Shown in pieces: positions 58,425-64,000 of a DNA stretch of 64,000 bases. The translations under genes were made by a program, and so were the position numbers. The stretch is from Candidatus Levyibacteriota bacterium (GTDB lineage Bacteria; Patescibacteriota; Microgenomatia; Levybacterales; GWA1-39-11): NCBI GenBank assembly GCA_050255815.1, contig JBLMVJ010000035.1, positions 10,727-74,726 on the forward strand, given 5' to 3'. The notes under the pieces were generated by a model. It had not been told where the DNA came from and did not search any database. It saw only the letters and a program-made list of their open reading frames with translations. Within the stretch, counting starts at the first letter, position 1. Each line of letters opens with the position of its first letter.

Positions 58425-58979
58425 ATGGATCAAAAACTGGAGGCGGCAACACTTGCCGGGGGGTGTTTTTGGTGTACGGAGGCTATCTTTAAACGGCTAA
58501 AAGGCGTTGAAAAAGTAACCTCAGGTTACTCCGGCGGCAAACAGGAAAACCCGAGTTACGAGGAAGTGTCCTCCGGTGACACTGGCCACGCGGAAAGCAT
58601 CCAAATAGAATTTGACCCTAGCATAATTCCTTATGAGAAAATTCTGGAGATTTTCTTCCATTTACATGACCCTACCACAAAAAACCGGCAGGGAAATGAC
58701 GTGGGAGAACAATATAGATCTATGATCTTCTATCACTCTCTATATCAAAAGTCAGCTGCAGAAAAGGTAAAACAGGAAGTAGAAAAAGAAGGAAAATACA
58801 AAGACCCAATAGTAACTGAGATAATCCCCTATGACGCCTTCTACTCTGCTGAAGGCTACCACCAGAATTATTATGAGAATAACCAGAACCAGGGATACTG
58901 CAGTTTTATCATTACCCCAAAAATCCAGAAACTCCTACGGGAATATACAAAAGAAGTGAAAGAGGAATACCTTTCTTAA
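58425..58979 (+). CDS. msrA: Peptide methionine sulfoxide reductase MsrA
   Basis: 'ATLAGGCFWCTEAIF' active-site motif. Confidence 0.9.
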   Translation: MDQKLEAATLAGGCFWCTEAIFKRLKGVEKVTSGYSGGKQENPSYEEVSSGDTGHAESIQIEFDPSIIPYEKILEIFFHLHDPTTKNRQGNDVGEQYRSMIFYHSLYQKSAAEKVKQEVEKEGKYKDPIVTEIIPYDAFYSAEGYHQNYYENNQNQGYCSFIITPKIQKLLREYTKEVKEEYLS

Positions 58980-59518
58980 GCCCTTTTCTTAGAAGTTCTT
59001 AACACAAAGAGTTTTGCAATAAAAACTACCACCATAGTTGCTGCCCAGCCAAAGAAGACCTGCCAGAGAAGTTTATTTTCCCGTATCTCCACCTCTTTTA
59101 AGGAACGCCCTACCAGCACGTATCCATTCTTATACTTTTCTACCACTGCTGCGGAACGCACACCTGCCTGGGGCTGCCAGGTAAAGCGTACTTCTTGTTT
59201 TTGGGAGACGGTATCAAAAACTCCGACAGGAAGTTCCGGAACCTTACCGCCAATTTCCCCCGTTGAAATAGTCAATTTCTTATTTGCGTCAAAAATCATG
59301 ATAAAAACCGCCAGGCTTTTACCCATATCTATGCGGGAAGGCGGGATAATGGTGTCAGCAGGAGTGCCCTGGGCCAGGCTGTTTGCTATGTCCTGGGCAA
59401 ACTGGATCTGGGGGTCATTTGCGTTCATACGCAAATTCTGCTGTTCTACAAAATACATAAGTCCGCACAAAAGTGTAACCGCGAGCCCCAGAGGAATAAA
59501 TTTTCTCAAGCCTCCCAT
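58976..59518 (-). CDS. Hypothetical membrane-anchored protein
   Basis: N-terminal and C-terminal TM segments. No motif. Confidence 0.5.
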   Translation of the reverse strand: MGGLRKFIPLGLAVTLLCGLMYFVEQQNLRMNANDPQIQFAQDIANSLAQGTPADTIIPPSRIDMGKSLAVFIMIFDANKKLTISTGEIGGKVPELPVGVFDTVSQKQEVRFTWQPQAGVRSAAVVEKYKNGYVLVGRSLKEVEIRENKLLWQVFFGWAATMVVVFIAKLFVLRTSKKRA

Positions 59519-59591
59519 ACCTCCATTATAACGTCAGAATTTTAAAAAAAACAAGTTCCCTTTAAAATTTAGCTTTCTTCCTTTATAATCA

Positions 59592-60194
59592 ATGTTTATG
59601 GCCACCCTCCCAACTAACTACCAAAAACATATGTCCGCTGACCCATCCCGCAAATTCTTCCTGCGCCGTTTTAACAAGACATTGGTTAAAAACATAAAAA
59701 ACCTGAATGTTTCCTCTATTCTAGACGCGGGGTGCGGGGAAGGATTTACCCTTAACCAGCTATATGAGGCAAAAGCGGCAAAACACCTGGAAGGGGTGGA
59801 TTTTTCAAAACAGGCAGTAAGCCTGGGAAATAAACAGTTTCCCAAGCTGAAACTAAAACAGGGTGACATTTACAAACTACCCTACAAAAAAGATGAATTT
59901 GAGCTGGTTATATGTTCTGAGGTTTTAGAGCATTTGGAACACCCGGAAAAGGCTGTTAGAGAAGTACTTCGCGTTTCCAAAAAGTATGTGCTCTTCAGCG
60001 TACCCAATGAGCCCTTTTTTATGGGATCCAGACTTTTAAAAGGCATGAATATCAAACAGCTGGGCAACCACCCGGAACACATTAACCATTGGAACGTTTT
60101 TTCCTTCCCGCAAATGCTACAGAAAAACGGGGTAAAAGTGAAAAAAGTCCTCTACCCATTCCCGTGGATTTTAGTATTAGGGAAAAAAGAATAA
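59592..60194 (+). CDS. Class I SAM-dependent methyltransferase
   Basis: Motif I 'ILDAGCGEGF' and motif II 'FELVICSEVLEHL'. Confidence 0.8.
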   Translation: MFMATLPTNYQKHMSADPSRKFFLRRFNKTLVKNIKNLNVSSILDAGCGEGFTLNQLYEAKAAKHLEGVDFSKQAVSLGNKQFPKLKLKQGDIYKLPYKKDEFELVICSEVLEHLEHPEKAVREVLRVSKKYVLFSVPNEPFFMGSRLLKGMNIKQLGNHPEHINHWNVFSFPQMLQKNGVKVKKVLYPFPWILVLGKKE

Positions 60195-60197
60195 CTT

Positions 60198-61142
60198 CTA
60201 TTCTTCAGAGGAATATTTGAGACGGCCCAGAAATTTCTCCCCATTCTCCTGGCGGTCATTTAAGTGGACCAGAAGGTCTGCAAGAAAACCGGTGAAAAAT
60301 GCCTGGATACCGGACAGGACCAACATCACCCCTAAGAATAATAACGGACGAGTCCCTATAGTCTCTCCTGCAAAATGGAGAAATGACAAATATCCAAGCA
60401 CAAGTATACCCAAAAGAAATAGGATCTCTCCAACTATTCCAAAGAAATGCAAGGGCCGTTCTTTGTATCTGCTTAAAAAGATCATGGTTAACATATCCGG
60501 CATGTCTTTCCAGAGTTTTGAAAACCCGTACTTGGAAACGCCAAATTTCCGCTTAGCATGTTCTACCGGCACTTCCATGACGGTAAATCCATGCTGATAC
60601 GCCAAAAGGGGGATAAACCGGTGGAATCCTCCATACAGCTTTAAGGACTTTGCTGCCTGCGCGGTATATCCTTTTAAACCGCAGTTATAATCATGCAGTT
60701 TTAGTCCCCAAAAACGGTTTGCCAAAGAATTAAAGAACTTGGAAGATAATTTTTTCTTGAAAGAATCCTGCCTGTTTTTCCTCCATCCGCACACTACCTC
60801 TGCCCCGTTTGGGTCTTCCAGTGCGTCCAATATTTTTTTTATCTCAGACGGCTTATCCTGTAAATCTGCGTCTAACGTAACAATATATTCACCTTTTGCC
60901 TGGGAAAACCCTACGCTCAGCGCCTCAGATTTCCCCACATTTTTGCGGAAAGAAAAGATCTTCACATCCTTATCCTTTTTATGGAAAGCTTTCAGTAAAC
61001 GGAGGGTTGCATCTGTGGACCCGTCATCAATGAACAAAATCTCATAAGGCTTTTTTAGCTTGGATAGCTCTTTTACCAGCACTTCATAGAACGCTTCCAG
61101 AGACTCCTCTTCATTGTAAACCGGAACTACAATACTAATCAT
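60198..61142 (-). CDS. Glycosyltransferase family 2, GtrB-like polyprenyl-phosphate sugar synthase with C-terminal TM helices
   Basis: 'MISIVVPVYNEE', 'IDDGSTD', 'LDADLQD', then two C-terminal TM helices as in GtrB/ArnC. Confidence 0.9.
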   Translation of the reverse strand: MISIVVPVYNEEESLEAFYEVLVKELSKLKKPYEILFIDDGSTDATLRLLKAFHKKDKDVKIFSFRKNVGKSEALSVGFSQAKGEYIVTLDADLQDKPSEIKKILDALEDPNGAEVVCGWRKNRQDSFKKKLSSKFFNSLANRFWGLKLHDYNCGLKGYTAQAAKSLKLYGGFHRFIPLLAYQHGFTVMEVPVEHAKRKFGVSKYGFSKLWKDMPDMLTMIFLSRYKERPLHFFGIVGEILFLLGILVLGYLSFLHFAGETIGTRPLLFLGVMLVLSGIQAFFTGFLADLLVHLNDRQENGEKFLGRLKYSSEE

Positions 61143-61267
61143 TTTGGATATTATAGCATCTTCCAGGATGGAAGATGATATATCGAAAGATTCATTAGTT
61201 ATAAATCTCCCAAAGGGATATGGTATATGAGGGTTCTTTTTAGTTATACCAAAACTGAGGCTAATTA

Positions 61268-63682
61268 CTAAATTTTAGAGAATGCTATGAAGTCTCCGGT
61301 CTCATATAAAATTTTGTAGGAAGGGTTTTTTCTGAGGTTTTCAACCATTTGTTTCTGCGCAGGAAGAGACGGCTGTGCATAGGTATCATTAAGAAGAAAA
61401 ACAATTACATCAGCCTCATCTAATCCATTGGGAATGGTGTAAATCTTCTCCCTCTGGGATAGATGAGAACCAACATTATTACTGGCTGCTACACTATATT
61501 TTTCATCTATGGTCATAAGAAACTGTGAAATTTCCTTACGGTTTGAAAGCTGCCTGGTAAACATATCTATGTTAGGATGCAGGCTTCCCGGAAGAGGCCC
61601 TAAAACATATGCGGAGAACAGGGAGGATCCCAGCAGGACTGCTATTAAAACAGTGTCATTTAAAAGCCTTATCCTTTTTTGTGCAATCTTTATTCCATAC
61701 ACTGCTGAAGTAAAGATAAACGGGGTGATAGTTGCCGTGTACTGGTAATAAATTTCATGCAGCTGCCCGTTATTGCTTAAGACATTAATAGCTAAATCAG
61801 GAATGGCAAAGATAAGTGACGGGATTGCAAAGAGCGGTAAAAAAGCAACCGGAGACATAATCTCAAGAATATAATTAATCCGTGCGGGGGATGCTAACAA
61901 CTGGACCCATTTCTGGGGGGCAATAAACAGGGACAGGAAAATTTCCCCGGGAGAAGACCCCAAATGGGAAAAGTAAGAAAGTGCAAAATGGACATCTCCT
62001 CTTTGTCCCGGTATCACATGGGAAACCAAAACGTAAAACATGCCTAAAGAGATAAAAAAGGTAAGAATACCCGTTACTGCAACGCCTAGCCGGGTTATGT
62101 GCAGGCTTTTCTTCTTCCACTCTATGCCATCCATGGCAAGGCGTATCCCTAAAAACGCTGCAACAATCCACACTTCTTCTTTCGTCAATGCTGACAATAC
62201 GATAAACAGGAAAAACAAAAACCTCTTTTTTTTCAAAAGAAAATAATAAGCGGCCAGCAAAAATCCGGTGGCTAAAACAACCGGATGGAAATCATATAAA
62301 ACTGAGTACGAAAGGCCGGGATTTAAAAGATAGGCGCAGGAAACTGCAAGGGCAAGAAGCGGTTTTTTTAAAACGGATTTTGCAATAAGAAAGATAAAAA
62401 CAGCGCCCATTGCAACGGTAAATGCCTGTAAAAAGATAAGGACCCGGGGGTCAGACCAAAAAGCATACAGCGGCGCAAAAAAGACCAGGATCACATCAGC
62501 GTGAAAGGCAAGACGGGAAATAACCTTAGTCCCATTAGGGTCAGTAAATTGGAAAACGTTCCCGTGCAAGGTATTCCATACCGTCTGGTCCATATTTCCC
62601 AGGTCAAATCTGCCGGTAAAAAAATTGTCATAACGCAAAAATCCTGCAATGGTGTAATACAGGGTAAATAAGGAAACCATAACCCCCAGGAAAAGTTCTG
62701 TACCATACTCTTGCACCATGAATATAACCCTTTGGATAGTTTTGCTTCTATACCAAAGCACTACAAAACATACAAAAAGAACTTCCCCTGCAACTTGTAA
62801 GATGCGTGCTAAAATAGATGCAAAAACTGCCACTCCCACACCCAAAAACGGGGCCAGTCCTACAGACATCATCCCTTCCCTCACACCCAAACCCATAGGG
62901 GTTAAAATAGTAATATATCCAAAAAAGAGGCTGAATATAAAAAATGAGATAAATGCCAGGAGCATAAAAGGGGTCAAAAACGTCACGGATAAAACAGCAA
63001 AAAATGTCCCCAAACCAAATAGGGAAAGGTAACAGATGGTAAGAAACAGCAACTGAAGTGTCTGCACAGCGGTAAAACCGGGCAGCAAAGGCCGTAAGCG
63101 CTTTGCAAACGGAGCGGGTACCTTAGTCAAAAACCAGGAATGAAATAAGAAAATGCTTCCCATTAAAACTCCTCCTGCCTCTAAAAGGAACATGAGAATT
63201 GAAGAAAGTGGATTGTTGTAGAACACGTATTGGTTAAGAAGCGGCAAGGCAGGTATGCTAGCCAGAACACACCCGGCAGCAAAAAATTCAGCTTCTATAA
63301 GCAGGAGGTGGAAGATTTCTTTCTTTTTTGCCCCATGTGCAGAAAGCAGTATTCCCTTGCCTAAAAAAGACCAAAAGTTGCCCGGAATATAACGCTTCAA
63401 TTCTGAAATTGACCATATATATGTTGCGCGCTCACGGGGAATTGTAATATTTTTATTGCACAGCAGGATGTACCAGATGATGCTTCTAATTAAAAAGTAG
63501 AAAAAGTAACATGCTACGGAAAAGAATAAAAATGAAAAAGAAACGTGGGAAAAAACCCGGGAGAAAGAAATGTTTTGCTTTGATAAGGTGTACAGGAGAA
63601 AGACAAAAGCAAGTGCGGCCAGCGGCCAGCTGAACAGAAATTTCAGCGTGTTGTAATACCGTGAGAACGGTGATAATTTCAT
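61268..63682 (-). CDS. Large membrane protein: N-terminal UPF0104/MprF-like flippase-type TM domain fused to a DUF2079-like (GT-C-like) polytopic domain
   Basis: 'ILTPMGLGVREGMMSVGLAPFLG' motif of the LPG-synthase TM/flippase family in the first ~320 aa, then >12 further TM helices and a C-terminal soluble domain. Domain calls are from motif recall only. Confidence 0.75.
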   Translation of the reverse strand: MKLSPFSRYYNTLKFLFSWPLAALAFVFLLYTLSKQNISFSRVFSHVSFSFLFFSVACYFFYFLIRSIIWYILLCNKNITIPRERATYIWSISELKRYIPGNFWSFLGKGILLSAHGAKKKEIFHLLLIEAEFFAAGCVLASIPALPLLNQYVFYNNPLSSILMFLLEAGGVLMGSIFLFHSWFLTKVPAPFAKRLRPLLPGFTAVQTLQLLFLTICYLSLFGLGTFFAVLSVTFLTPFMLLAFISFFIFSLFFGYITILTPMGLGVREGMMSVGLAPFLGVGVAVFASILARILQVAGEVLFVCFVVLWYRSKTIQRVIFMVQEYGTELFLGVMVSLFTLYYTIAGFLRYDNFFTGRFDLGNMDQTVWNTLHGNVFQFTDPNGTKVISRLAFHADVILVFFAPLYAFWSDPRVLIFLQAFTVAMGAVFIFLIAKSVLKKPLLALAVSCAYLLNPGLSYSVLYDFHPVVLATGFLLAAYYFLLKKKRFLFFLFIVLSALTKEEVWIVAAFLGIRLAMDGIEWKKKSLHITRLGVAVTGILTFFISLGMFYVLVSHVIPGQRGDVHFALSYFSHLGSSPGEIFLSLFIAPQKWVQLLASPARINYILEIMSPVAFLPLFAIPSLIFAIPDLAINVLSNNGQLHEIYYQYTATITPFIFTSAVYGIKIAQKRIRLLNDTVLIAVLLGSSLFSAYVLGPLPGSLHPNIDMFTRQLSNRKEISQFLMTIDEKYSVAASNNVGSHLSQREKIYTIPNGLDEADVIVFLLNDTYAQPSLPAQKQMVENLRKNPSYKILYETGDFIAFSKI

Positions 63683-63782
63683 GCTTCATATTGTAGCACG
63701 GAACACGTTTACTCCATCTGAGAAAAATCTTAAGGATTAGGCTGTCTTGCAAAGGAAGCAGGAACGAGTATATATTAATAAT

Positions 63783-64000
63783 ATGTTTCCCAGGCTTTTT
63801 AGGATCCTCTTGTTGCTTTTGGTGCTCTACACTCTTCTCCCTTCTGTGGCATTAGGGCAACAAACCTCTACCGGAAGCGTCCAGGGAGCTGCAACACTGG
63901 GCGTGGCCCGGATAGTAGAAACGGCTGAGAAAAACCCGCAGGATGGCAGCATACTGACTGACACCCCCAAAGGTGCAGCACTTTCAAGCCTGGCCTATGA
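63783..64000 (+). CDS. Hypothetical secreted protein, 3'-partial (runs off the window)
   Basis: ATG at 63783 followed by the signal-peptide-like 'MFPRLFRILLLLLVLYTLLPSVALG'. No stop before the window end. Confidence 0.45.
   Translation, partial: MFPRLFRILLLLLVLYTLLPSVALGQQTSTGSVQGAATLGVARIVETAEKNPQDGSILTDTPKGAALSSLAY

Overview
This 64 kb window has low GC (by eye roughly 40%) and is densely coding. It resembles a small-genome, Patescibacteria/CPR-like bacterium; that attribution is inference from gene content and rRNA architecture.

Recognisable housekeeping genes: rho, radA with a yacL-like PIN/TRAM gene, rpsA, eno, a phosphoglycerate mutase, pth, an IMPDH/GMPR-family gene, trxB-trxA, an ATP-dependent DNA ligase, recF, gpsA, nnrD, a UMP-kinase-like gene, msrA, a PiT phosphate transporter with its DUF47 partner, and an M50 protease.

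Cell-envelope and glycosylation content is heavy:
- two tandem Wzy_C-like/TPR paralogs;
- a GT-C-like membrane protein with GT2, GT4 and galE;
- a GtrB-like GT2 next to a flippase/DUF2079 fusion protein;
- a membrane-anchored GT2;
- a type IV pilin and an IPNTG sortase substrate;
- an ABC ATPase followed by four paralogous ABC-2 permeases.

Three things stand out.
- The rRNA locus is tRNA-Ala, 23S and 5S on the minus strand with no 16S. The 23S is about 4.1 kb because it carries two ORF-less insertions with group-I-intron splice-site signatures and a third, inverted-repeat-bounded insertion encoding a small GIY-YIG nuclease. All three insertions share a CCCTCACC/GGTGAGGG hairpin.
- A roughly 2.4 kb high-GC island (about 9790-12180) carries small ORFs and a 478-aa Pro-rich, repeat-containing single-pass membrane protein, and is preceded by four consecutive hairpins.
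- Several families of short intergenic repeats have no obvious known counterpart: a 74-bp palindromic element in two copies, a roughly 55-bp element in three copies, AT-rich TTCAGAATT palindromes, and a TTAGGCGCGCAGT-hairpin-CGAGCACCGCAA framework in two copies.

No CRISPR array was found.
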